A stretch of DNA of 64,000 bases. Origin: Raillietiella orientalis. Lineage: Eukaryota. Positions 1 through 12,657 of this stretch are shown here, in pieces. The notes below the pieces were generated by a model. It worked only from the letters and a program-made list of their open reading frames with translations. It searched no databases and was not told the DNA's origin. The stretch's first letter is position 1. Each line of letters begins with the position of its first letter. Location: assembly GCA_036172245.1 (NCBI GenBank), contig JAYWIR010000017.1, forward strand, positions 2,852,001 to 2,916,000. Reading direction: 5' to 3'. Both the position numbers and the translations under genes were made by a program.

Positions 1-2289
1 TATTTGAATACAATGATGTAATCTTTGCAAAACAAACTTGAATCTTTTGTTGCAAAATAGATTTTAGCAGATGCATATTTTAAATAATTTGGAAGAGGTA
101 GAATTCCTTTCGTCTCTTAGGGTTCTTGTGATACTGTCAAAAATTTGTTAGCACATTCCCCAAGAAAAATCTTCCAACTTAGGTACAAATCAGAAATCTG
201 AAGTTCTTGAATGTCTAATGATACACGAAATTTCCCAAATCAATTTTTTTAAACATTTTTCTTCAACATACGATTTTGGAAATATATGCTGCTAAAGCAC
301 TTACTTTTCTCATAATCTTACCATAATGAAAAATAAATTACATACTTAAATAAGCAATATTATTATCCATTTCACACTTGTGACCCTCGAAATTTTTCTG
401 CACTGTTTGAATGCCATGTGGCAATCTACTTTTTCACATGCTATGCTCTTTTCAAATTCTAGTTTTTAATTTGTTCAAGAACATTGAAACAGCTTGGATT
501 GAGGCAACTTGGATTATTACTAATACTAGGCATGCAAATACTATGAATCAAAACCAGCTTATCAAACATATTCATGAACTACAAACTTATTCAAAAATGA
601 TTTCGATTTTCAAAAAATTCTTATAGTGGTGTTATCTTAAAATTTAACCAAGCATACCAAATCTGCATACTTGAAACATACTATGACATATGGTGGCATG
701 ACTTTAAGATGATGCAATCAGTCATTAGCAGGTGAGCTGACTGTGTTCAACACCGTTACTAACAACAATCAATGAATATACATTAGAAGAATACAAACTA
801 TGCCGATGAATGCACTACACAGAGACTTGAAACCAAAGTAATTTACATTTACCCAAACGCTATTAATAGGAAACTGCAAAACAGACCATGAATGCACAAA
901 TTGCTGTAGCAAGCAATGCATTCATTTTGCCAGTTCTTCATCTTTCTGGACAACATAATTATGAAAGTCAATTTACTATAATTTATAAAAATCGAATTAT
1001 TAAAGTCTAAATAAATGCATATTTATGAATCACAAAGCATACAATTTAAAAGCAAACCCAAACATGATTTCCATTCTACGTCCATGAATTTCATTGTTAT
1101 GAAATAATAGAAATGATGGGACTTCTCCCATACAGTTTCACGGCAATTACAAATCAGCGTAATGTAATATCAATTTAACTATAAGATAAACTGAAAAAGA
1201 AACTGGACATTCAAAAGTCTCTTGGGGATTAAAATGGAAATACGTTTGGAAATTTCCAACATCCTATATTGAGCGACTATGCAATGCTTAACGAAAATTA
1301 ACGAAACATTTTATCGACACACTAGTATTCTTCTCATTTTATTGAATATTAGTGTAATTTCTCCAAACATATGCAAAATTTTACTTTTAAAACCAAATCA
1401 TCCTATTATAATGGATAAATTTGTTCAAGGGAAGTTCTGAGGAAAGGGAAGTTAAAGATATGGGAAGTTATGGATTAACATGCAAGTAAGGTGGAATATG
1501 CAAAGCTTTAACAAGCAAAATAAAATAAATACATGCTAATCAACAGGTAAAAATACATTTTTGAAGAAACATATTGATTTAATAAGAATTTCTTGACAAT
1601 ATAAATGCATGTGGACACTTAATTTTGGAGCAGTCTATGTTGAGAGGGTAGTCTCAAGATCACACAACAGCACCTAAGAAATTCACATACACTTATATTG
1701 ATATTGTGAATAATGATTTATATAATATGATAGAATACAGAAACATTGAGACCTGTTTTCAATTGCAATGCTGAAGGAAGTTTGCTTTGGACACTCCACA
1801 TCTAGAATGACAGTCCTACTACTGTGAAACTGGTTACAGAAAGCCTTTGAATTTTTCTTTGCAAGCTCTAGGATGCATACAATCGAACGATGTAGAAATG
1901 ATGATTTGTATTTTTGAGAAAAAAAGGCATAGCCTACTGGATTCTGTGGAACTGTTTCAGAGGGAAAGTTAGAACTTATTCAAGGGATTTTGAAATCGAC
2001 ATCTTCATAATAATTATGGATGACTTACATGATTACATATTGTAACTCCTACTACATGCACACGTACATACTTTAGAAATGTAAGAAGGTACAAAATACT
2101 TAAAAAATACGTATACTTATTTTGGGCTTTGATGCTCAAAAATCACACAACCCAAACATATCAGCACAAAGTCAGTTTTCTAATTATCTCCTTTCTCCTT
2201 ATAAATTTTAAATCAATCCATTCCTTTTTGTTCTTTCACACAATCTCTACAGCCTTCACTTTAGTTTGACTCATATATATTACGTACAT

Positions 2290-3060
2290 GTCCAGTGATA
2301 TGGGTTTTCCAGGTACAGCAATACCCTCTCATTAATGTTGTGAGGATTGCAACTTCACTTAAAAATTTTCAAGCGATATTTCAAAACAAATTCACCTCGA
2401 CTTTTAAAGAGTTCATCAAAACTCAAAGTTCGACTTCCTAATGCAATGAGATGCTTCAAATTGCCCTTTCCCCTCCCCCTTCATCTTGATAACATCCCTC
2501 AATGCTGTTACTTGGACTCAGTACTGTTTGTTTTCAGTTTCCTGAGATCTGATCCCTAATATTATTTGTTGCATTTTTCACGATTCTGCGAAACATTTAC
2601 TTATATGTATCTATGCCTTCCTTAGTAAAGTTTACTTTCATTACAAAATATTATTCCTGCATTTATTCAATATTCTTATTGCATCTTTGGTGAAGATGGC
2701 AACATTTGCCTTTTAGGCATTTCAAACTTCATTATTTATTATTTTGATGAAGTCCTACAAGCAAAAGCTCAATTCAAATAAGTATCTATGATTAATGAGA
2801 AAAATGAGTTTTTCCTATCATTGGATTGTGACAACTGAATAGCTCAATCCATGTGACTCAAATGTAGCATGTTGTTTCAGTATTCTGCGCATTTGTTTTC
2901 CAAGTCTATTGAAATACTGTCCAGAGGTATCGATGTACTCATAATTACAGACCAAAATGAGACTTCTGTATTCACCACTTCTTACCAAAATGCTGAGTTT
3001 TTCCTCTAAACTGTAAAGCTTTAATGAGAACTGAAGTTCACGACAAAAAGAGTCTATTGA
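2290..3060 (-). mobile_element. Highly decayed RLE-type (NeSL/Utopia-like) non-LTR 3' remnant, probably in the CK1 intron
   Basis: Manual minus-strand translation near 2290-2460 gives LIALGSRTLSFDELF...KYRLKIF and, after a frameshift, TWKTHITGH. This resembles the GALGSW...H(I/V)TGH C-terminus of RLE elements. Many stops. Confidence 0.35.
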
Positions 3061-4406
3061 CAATAATAATTTTTTTAATTACCCATACTAGCTTTTCATC
3101 CAATTGAAAAGCTATATCTACAGGCAAAAGCCTGTGAATATAGTTTTTAAACCAGCTTTTAAATTAATTGTAATTTTCTCTTTATATTTATATCATTTGC
3201 AACCTACCATCTTTGGCCAACACATTCTAATCCATCATAAAATTCATGCTCTCAATCATTCCTGGCAAACTTGGTGATTGTTGCTCTTACTCAAATTTAT
3301 CAGCTATATTTTTGTCTGTTAGAATCTAGTTTTTCCATATGCATAAAATACATTATTGTGAGTATATACTGACAGTAGCATAAATATCATTCATGTCCTA
3401 ACATCGAAATCAAACAAGCAAATGAGTTTATTGCTACCTGAAATGAATTTATGAAGATAGATACAATGTCCCATATCCTGCAACACTTATGACAAAAAGA
3501 TTTTTTCAAAAAAAAAGGGTATAAGAAAAATCATATGCATAAGATCATATCTGCCTGATTAAAATACATTTATGTATCGTATACAAACTAAAAACAAAAG
3601 TAACAAAAATGGAAGAAAAATTCGAACAAATTTATTGGCATATCGTTTTTAAACATAGTATATAGTTTTTTTAAACAAGTACAATAGATACATATGAGCC
3701 AATGTGACACAAAGCAAATGAAAAAAAGAATGCTAAAAGCAGATGTAAAAATAAACTGATCCAATACACTGATGTCATAATACACATAGGAGGATTGAAT
3801 CCAGACTGGAGAATCCAAACAAAAAATTTATACAAGAATCCAAACAAAGAATGATGGGAAAAAAGTAAATATCAAAGCAAGGTGTTTCCTGCTATTTTTT
3901 TTCATTACTTTTTTGATACTTTTGGGGATCAAAAATATTTTCCAATATTACCGAAATAAACTATTTTATGAATATACGAAAAGTTTTAACTTATGCACAA
4001 CTGATTCCCAAATATTTCCATACAAAATTCCATAACTAATACATTACTACTACTGAAAAGCAAAAAGAATTACTGATGCAATAAAAAAATGACTCTGCCA
4101 TTCAAGACTTCCTTAAAAGACAGGGATTAAATTCTTACCATTCTTTGTTCATGACTATGTGTTTTGATCAAACAAACATCCTTTTGCTCATTGTGAAATA
4201 GATTACATAGATTACTGACTGTAACTCACATTACATTCTTAGACATCATGATAGACACACGATCATAAAGATTTCAACATCATAAGTTGCAAAGGTTTAT
4301 AAAAACATTCAGCAGAAAAAGCATAATCTATCAACTTACTTTGTGAAAATGACATATTAAATAATTTCACAGGAAAGTATTCTAAAAATGCAGCATGCAT
4401 ACATAC

Positions 4407-4482
4407 CTAAGTAGATATCACCAAATGATCCATTTCCAATCTTTCTTCCAAGCCGATATCGACTACCAACACGTAATTCCAT
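4407..4482 (-). CDS. CSNK1D: Casein kinase I delta/epsilon-like, first coding exon (76 nt); remaining exons not found, probably left of the window
   Basis: Translates [25 protein letters not shown](G), nearly identical to the CK1 delta/epsilon N-terminus. Followed by a GTATGT donor (phase 1). Candidate upstream acceptor (ttcatcacag) at 4570. Confidence 0.92.
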
Positions 4483-7400
4483 CTTGTTCAATATGCTTAT
4501 TCTCACAAAATTATGTTAAATTAATGGTTTATGATGGCAAGGGCTCCCCTTCTACAAGGAGATGCCCACCTGTGATGAAATGAAATTAAGATTATAACTT
4601 ATGAGATTGAGTATTTTGCGAAATAATAAACAACAAACTTATGAAATCAACATCGTTCCAATGTTATCAAGATAAACACATGTAAGACATTTAATGTTTG
4701 ACTTTAGATGTTCAACCTAAGTAATTCAGCCTAAAATGAATCCATTCAAAACAACAAACAAGTTTTACAACCGACACAAGTTCATAATCAAATACCAACA
4801 ACTATTACACAGTGTCATAATGCACAAAATTTCAAACAATGATACACTAAGTCATTTAAAAATGTATACACAGATGCAAAGTATGGATTATCTATACAAT
4901 TCTGGAAATTAAATTACTCGACATCACTTGAACAATGTATCTTCGTACTTTCACTCAATTATGATTCATGTTTATAATACCCTCTGTGAATGATTTAAAT
5001 CTTATTAAAAATATGAAGAAACTTAATTTTCTGCATAGTTTCCATGGAATAAAGAACGAATTGCTATTCGAATATTTCTCGATTATTGTTTCCACATATA
5101 CATTTACAATTCATTATGAAAACAGCAAATGGTTTTTTTAACATGAAAGACACAAAAATCTATTCAAGTAATGACTAGGAATACAGTCTGCCAACGTACA
5201 TACCATCAAATATCAACAGAGAAAGCACCAATCTTTGAATGTAAATCAAATTACTGAGACTTGCAAGCTGCTGCTATTCTTTTTCAATTTATACAACTTC
5301 ATGTAAAATTTGAAAGATGTCTTGAACACAGTCTAAATGTTTTTATTAACATCACCCAAAAAATTTCGAATGTAATAATAACAAAATGCAATGATTACAA
5401 CATAAAGAATTTCTGAAATGATCGATACAAACTGATATGACAAGAGTTGTTCACAATAAATGACATATGGTGGGGGGGTCATATAACGTATAAGTAAATT
5501 GTATCTATAGAAACGCCGTAATTTTAAATGCGTGGATACTGTGAAGCACACATACCCAAGTGAAAAAAGGCACCTAAAATCGGTTACTTTGTGTGGATTG
5601 CGAATCCACCATTATCAAAAGCAAAAAAAATTAAAATGAAACAAAGGCACAGTTTGAAAACTTTGAACACACAGATGTGGTCACAACTTCCATGGTCCTT
5701 TCCGACGAGCAAAAAACGGGCAATCGTTTCTCCCATTTCCCAAACACATATTTATTAACACGCACCTCGTTATCAACCGAAAATCACATACATGCACGGG
5801 ATGTTTAATTACGTGATATCACCACAGATTTTGGGAGGACTGTTTTTCGAGTTTCATGAAAACTTGAATCGATCACAAATGCCAGTAAATCCGACGGCTA
5901 TTGATTGAGAACACTTGATAAGCAAAAATAACCATTACAAGATCATGCCATTTAAATTAATCGATAAAATAACTCGCCTTTTTTTTTTTCTGTACCTTTT
6001 TGTGTGTGTGTGTGAAATGTTACCGCATTATTTGAATAACTTTCGAGATCATTCATGCGTGAATTCGGCCGTGCAATTCGGTACAAATTCGTCCACCAGG
6101 ACATTACTAAGTGGATCCCAGCACATGGAGTGCTCTTCCTGTTCTAAGACAATTCTTCACAGAGAATTCCGGTCACAGAGTCCTCATCCTCAAAGAGAAT
6201 CGGCTTCGGGAGAAAACGGTATCCATTAAAGCACACTCTCACAGTGATATGGATCCACGCAGCTTTTGACTCTTCGGTGGCTTGGGAGATCTCAGCACAA
6301 AAAGTCACATCCAAGGGAAGAAGACGTCGACGCATTTGTTGGGGCAGAGAGAAAGAAAAGTTCCATTCCCATTTAATGCAAATGCAGCAAACACTGTTCA
6401 TGTTGAGAATACGGTAATCCGATCCGTACACTAGTAAGGCTGAGAAATTTAACACCCCTGGTGTATGAGCACCATGGAAAATCAGACACATTTGTTGGGA
6501 CAAGTGTACAACATGCAGTTCTTGAAATCTAAGTTTAGAAAAATGACATACTCTGAAAATCTAATTGCAAATGATGTGCTTGTTAATATTTAAAAGCTAA
6601 TTCTATTATTTGGGGGGGGGGGGAGGGTCAAATACATGTATGTTGGATTAATAATTATTCAAACATCGTTCTCTTTTTCTGAGTACAAATATTACAGAGG
6701 AAATTAATTGTGAGAACCGATGAAAATACATTCTAACTTTCCGATAGTTCAAACTTTTTGGTATCCACCTTGTCAGGAGAACTTGCCTTTTGGAATCCTT
6801 GTCGTGTGAATCCAAAATCTTCGACGATTCTGCGGATAATTGTTTTTCTTGCAAAAATATCAGAGTTTGAAATAAGGAGCTCGAGTTTCACCAAACTACC
6901 CTTGAGGCAGCAAACTGCTGAACCATCATTTTGTCATTTTAGCAATCATAACGCTTGGATCTAATTCAGATCTAATCTGATCTAATTCTTGTATAGTTTA
7001 GTATATATGTCATCTACTACGCTGATGATTAGTAAAGGTGTGTCGCAGACCATTCTAACTTTCTGGTTTACTACCAGTTTGTATCTGTTGTGAATTTTAC
7101 CTGGAAAACCACGAGGGTTCATGAATTCCTAAAAAACATTCCTACAATGCATGCCGTTCAAGACCAACGTGGTACAAAAAAAAAAAGGTTCAAACCCATC
7201 AGTACTCATAAAGAATTATTGGGTCCAGACATCAATGTAAGAATTACAAAACGAATTCACGAGCCGATGGTCTGAGGATCGCACAGACGAAGAGAGATCA
7301 CGTGCTATCAGTTTTTTATAGATTCCATGTAACATTTGAGGGGATATTAGAAATAGCAATAAGGAGACAAAAATAATAATGCAGCAGACAGAGTAGTTTC

Positions 7401-7924
7401 CACATACCTTTTCAAGATATACGAATTCATGCTGAACCACTGCAGCCTTTATGGGATTTTATGTTCAGTAATTCTGAAAAGTCATGCAAGGAGGTGGTGT
7501 TTCATGTTTTCCGGTTGACCGTACGATTATACATACAACTCATGCAGACTGTTATGACTTTTTAGGCACTTTTCAAGACAGTTCTTTCTTTCTTTTATAA
7601 GTTCTGAAATATTTACGATAAGATAAAATTACTCCCTGATTTCAATAAAGCATTTTCAGAGTTTCATATTTTCCTCTTTGCAGATATTAACAGGATAGGA
7701 TTTCTAAATGTGCTTTTATAATCAATCTCAAAATTGCATTTCTTCTGGAAGCACTTTAAATATTAAATTCTTTCACTCCTTTTCTGAACTTGTTTTCGTT
7801 TTTTTTGCCTTTCACAGGAATTTTTTTAATTCGCCATTTAATTACAAGTTTCCCTTATCTAAGGGAGTTTTCAAAGGTTGCACATTATTAGGGTAAGGAC
7901 CAATAACACATCCGAGTTCCGAGT

Positions 7925-8315
7925 TCGGAGAAGATAAAATGGAGAGGACCCCCCGAGAAGGGGGGTACCTCCGGAGAATGCTTCCTTGCACCCTCCGGAG
8001 AGGCGGCGACTCAGAGAATCCCCTCCGCAACAGGGGAGGGGGGTCTGCTCCCTTAAACAACTGGAGAGGTGTCTGTGAAGACTCCTGTTCCATCTTGAAA
8101 CCGGAGGGGTCCCCCCGGTGTGGGGGATCCGCTCTCCGTTGCATGACCGGAAGGGGAACCCCCCACTCCTTGATTCCTAGAAGAACCCGAAGGTCGAGAT
8201 ACCAAGTGCAGCTATTCCGGGGTTCATTGGGGGCCTCCGGTTTTAACCGCTACAGGTGCTACTCCCGAATGTTTCGGCCAACCAGCGCCATTATAGGGGA
8301 AACTCGGAACCCGAC
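7925..8315 (-). repeat. Copy of the GC-rich Tx1-family ORF1-C-terminal module, with a short oppositely oriented piece (about 7925-7975)
   Basis: Reverse complement matches 52050-52330 (gggttccgag...ggcgctggttgg...gaccttcgggtt...aggaatcaagg). 7927-7950 matches 12443-12466 on the plus strand. Confidence 0.8.
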
Positions 8316-8519
8316 TTGTAAATTAAAAAGACATTAATAATTCAACAATTTTGCAGGAAAGAGAAAACATTAAAGAGCAATTTAAGCGTAAAAGAGTATA
8401 TAAGTTACACACTTTTGAGTTCAAAGTGATCGGTCAAGTTCAATCACATTTGTTAATCACAGTTATAATATTGAAAGTTCATCCTGTTCGTCATGTGCCA
8501 GGGAATACAAGGTAGGGAT

Positions 8520-9210
8520 TGTTTATAGAAATGCAAGAATATCTATGCCTTCTCCAAGAGGAGTGTTGAAATCCTCTTCACTCAAAGAGGTAACACAGTG
8601 GTCATTTATGCATACAGCACATTTCTTGGAGGGATCATCTGGGCTAAGTTGGAAGAAAGAAGGGAGATGTTTGTTGCTGGTTAAATGTTTCAGAAGGGAG
8701 GTGGGAATAATTCGTGGGAATGTGCTCCATGTAAATGTCCCTGGAGCCTCTGATTGCTTGGGTAACAATTACAGATGAAAGAGGTCTAAGGGCATCTTGG
8801 GGGAGTATGGCTAGACGTAGCAGAGCGTCATTCAAAGGATCCCAGGTACCAAGTGCTCCAGCAACTATGGCATCGTTAAGAACTTGGAGGCTTTGGGATT
8901 GTAGGAATGGACTAATTGTCTGTGTATTGATTGTTTAGCCTCTCGAACACGCTTAAGGGAGGGAATACGATTTTCATAAGGGACAACTAGATCGATGATG
9001 AGAGAACGGGTCTGGTCGCGTAAGAACAGATCCGGTCTTCGGGTGGAGTCAGACTCAGGGATTTCCTGATCACTGTAGGAGATGCGCCATGAAGGGAGAA
9101 GGGCATCTTTTTCAATAGAGATACAATGGCATCATGTCTTGCACATATAAAGGTTCCTAGATGAGAAGGACAACGGCAAAGAACATGAGCCAAAGTCTCC
9201 TTAGGGAAAG
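8520..9210 (-). mobile_element. NeSL/Utopia-like non-LTR retrotransposon 3' remnant (CCHC plus restriction-like endonuclease)
   Basis: Motifs across frames: ETLAHVLCRC...RHDAIV, RPDL...IIDLVVPYENR, IVAGALGTWDPLNDALL, IRGSRDIYMEHI. Confidence 0.82.
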
Positions 9211-12200
9211 TGCTCATTGAAACCAGCACGTTTTCTATTATCACTCAATGGGAGTTGACTCAAACACATCCAAATTGCTTATTTTTATATTAATGGAACA
9301 TTAATGCAATTAAGAAGTCTTTCAGTTATAATATGCCTTCTTTTGATGCTGTGTGTGTTTACATTTTATTTCTTTAATATTTTTTTTCCTTTGATTGCAC
9401 ATCGAATCGAAGAATCGCGATATAAATCCTCTAGACGGCTGAATTCAAACGATTGCCTTTCTAATGTTTCTTTTCAAGAACACAATAATTGTACTTATTC
9501 TTATGTAATTTAGTTCACGATTACTTTGAAGACGTAAAGAATGAGCTATTTACGCTTTTAAGAGGGTCAGTTTTCCATAATCATATTTATGTACATTAGC
9601 TATTCGAATAGTAGGCAAGATTCTATGTCTGCACTATACCTTAAGGTAGCATTGTGAAGGAAGTGTTTGTGGATTGGTAGTAGCTATGTGGAGTATATAT
9701 GGTACAGATTTCTTATATGATACGCGTTTTTGAGAATTCTAAGTCAAATTGACTATGTGTTTTCTTCACTTTTATGTCTTTTACGTTATGTAATTGCATT
9801 TATAGTAACAATAAATTAAAAACTGGCATAATTCATTTAAAAAAAAATATAATTAAATACTCCATTCATATACTTATATTTCATTTTATATATGGTTTTG
9901 CTATTAGGGCACCTGAGCTAGGAAGCCTTAGGAGCTATCTATTTTCATGCAGTTCCTCTATTTTCTCAATATTTTGAATAATAATTCTCATCAATGCACA
10001 TGAATTCAATCAGTTTTATTATGATTGTGTTTACATATCATTTACAGAAACAGAAGCCCTAGCAAATACAAATAAATTAAAACGGATTATTAAAATGTAC
10101 AACAGAGACTTTAATAAAATGAAAGAAAAAAAAAATACTTGATTCAAGCAAAAGAGGGTTTCAGAGTTTTATATCGTATCGTGTTGCACTTATTGGATCG
10201 AATGCATTTTAACCAGACTTTTCGAGGTCATGCAGATGAGTCAGTTGAGTTATTTAAATTAAGAAAATAAATGGATTCTGCATGCATGTGCTTGCAACTG
10301 GAATTTATAAGGCAAATCACTATGACAGAAAGTTCGTTGTTACTCAGATAGCTTTGACATGTTTCCATTTCTTTAATCTAAGAGAGAATTCTATCTAAAT
10401 TCAAACCAGTGGTCCAATTCAGTTGACGGACTCAAGAATGGGGAGTAGTAGTAGGTTGCTCAAGGACCCATTTTCATCTTGTTAGAATTCGGTTTAAAAA
10501 TTACAACCGTCACAAACGCAAGTTCTGCATGATTCATGAATCTGCAGTGTACGAAACTGATTAATCGTGTCTTGAGAAAAAAAATATATATATGCTTTTT
10601 GGATGTATCCTGTCGTAGATTATTCTCTATGCCTTAACGTACTTGACTTTTGGAGCATTAGAATGTCAAAGAATTATTATAAACAGGCAAGGAAAAAAAG
10701 TTGAACTTTGACCACCTAAAAGTGTCTCGAACAAATAATGACTTGAATAATACTTTAATGATCGCGAAGTTTAGTGTATTTAATGATTTTCACAAACACT
10801 TTCAGCATAGTTTAAGAAAAGTTGCTATTTTTCTGACACTAAAAGTCCTTCCAGTCAATGCAGTCAGCATTTCGGTTCACAAAATGAATCAAAGTGCAGC
10901 TCAAATCTTACATGATGCTTCATCTGTGATCACTACAAATAAAGCATCATGCAAAATTTTCGACTTGGATGTTTGATACTTACTATGAAGGAACTTCCAT
11001 GACATTGCATGCGGATATTTCCGTTCTGAAACCTCAACAGAACTCGTAAGCATGCAAAACTCCTGCTATCACGACACAAAAAGTCATTCTTTCGCATTTT
11101 TAGCCCTAAAAAAAAAGAAAGAAAAGAAAACCAAATTTTTGGCAGCCTGCAGCATGGAAAGCATGCAAGACTGAGGTGTCAAATATTTCTCAACTGTCTT
11201 CACATGAGCAAAAAATGGTCACGTCGATGTGAGTGCCAGACTGTGTGCACAGTTAAGAGTGCAAATAACCACTCGAGAAGTCAAAATTAGGACCGTAAAA
11301 AATCATCCCCGTTCGCTCAAACGTTTCTTTCAATGCTGAAAAACCATTCTATTATTTTCATTCAAGTTAAAAGATCAAGGAGTTTTCAATCTCTCCAGCA
11401 AGTTGCAAGGAATGGCTTGTATGTACGAATCGTTCGAAATGAAATACTACTGTGTACTGTGGTATATCTTAGTGAAAGAGAAAAATAAACAAAACATGCT
11501 CAAGCATTTCGTGCACCATTTCGAACAGAGCACAAAATACATGTCGTGTATTTTATAAGTCATTTGGCTCATGGAACACACCACACCATTCAGATAATCT
11601 TCTTCCTACGGTAAAAACTAGATCATATGCAAATTTATTTTTTAATACCTCACTACTCATAGAATCGAATTTTGCATGAAAAACAGAAGAAGAAAAAAAA
11701 AAAAAGGTCATTCTCAGACAACATGAAAGCTCGGGACCACCCAAACATGCTGACAAAAGGGTGCAAGTCGACATAGGATATTTCGAACATGTTCCCTTTT
11801 TCATTCAAAGCATACAGTAAAAACACAGATCCCAACTATTTTAATCCCATATAGAAATTCGAGATTGGCTTTCTCAAAATGACACTAGCAACGTAGTTGT
11901 TTCCCCAAACCTGAACAGTCCGCAGAGAATGTTGCATCCACAGTCCAAAGTTTGTGTTTAGAGAGACAATTTGAAACCAACATTTAAATTACGAGGAAGA
12001 AAGGTGATCATTTTTCAACGTGACAACCGCACCGAGGGTCATGTGGAATCCATAAGTAAGCTATCAAACAGAAAGCAAAAGAAACTTACCAGAACTATTG
12101 TAATCTCTGGACGATGCTTTGCGGTTCTGACCTTTCAAGCAGAAACTAAGACTATTCTTGCTTTAGTTTTCGAAAATTTCTACTTTCGTTTTCTAAAGCA

Positions 12201-12432
12201 TTCGTTCTCAAATTTGAAGTTCTTTGAATCACATCAAGAATAGGTAATGAATGAAAGATGCAGCCGAAGTCGGCAGCCACCAATCTCCAGAACACTAAAG
12301 ATCAAAAAGTGAATCAGCTTTCACTTTCCACCTAAGGCCAGAAAGATGCATATGAAGAGCAGTATGATCGATAATGATGAGAATTTTGTCTCTTATGTTT
12401 TCCTTGTTGACGTAAAAAGGGTGAACGTAGAT

Positions 12433-12657
12433 GGGTTCCCTCCGGAGAAGATGAAATGGAGAGGACCACTGGCCCTCCCGGAGGGGTCCCTCCGGAGAGA
12501 ATGAGGAAAGGAGATTCCCTTCGGGGTTCGCCTTCAGAGACAACCAGGGTGGCAGGTGAGATCCTCCCCCCCCTCCGGAGGGATCCCTCCCCAAGCGTGA
12601 GAGGAACGGACTCCGAGCCCTTCCTGTATTCATAGGGCGGACCCCCATCCCGGGGTG
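12433..12657 (+). repeat. Isolated 3' half of the GC-rich Tx1-family module
   Basis: Matches 33250-33430 and 56065-56270 (gagacaaccagggtgg, gtgagaggaacggactc, attcataggg) in AT-rich flanks. Confidence 0.8.

Noticed and set aside
9021..9031. atctgttctta match to U2 just downstream of the Keno/Utopia site (minus strand)
   Set aside because: Only 11 nt and part of the RPDL endonuclease codons.
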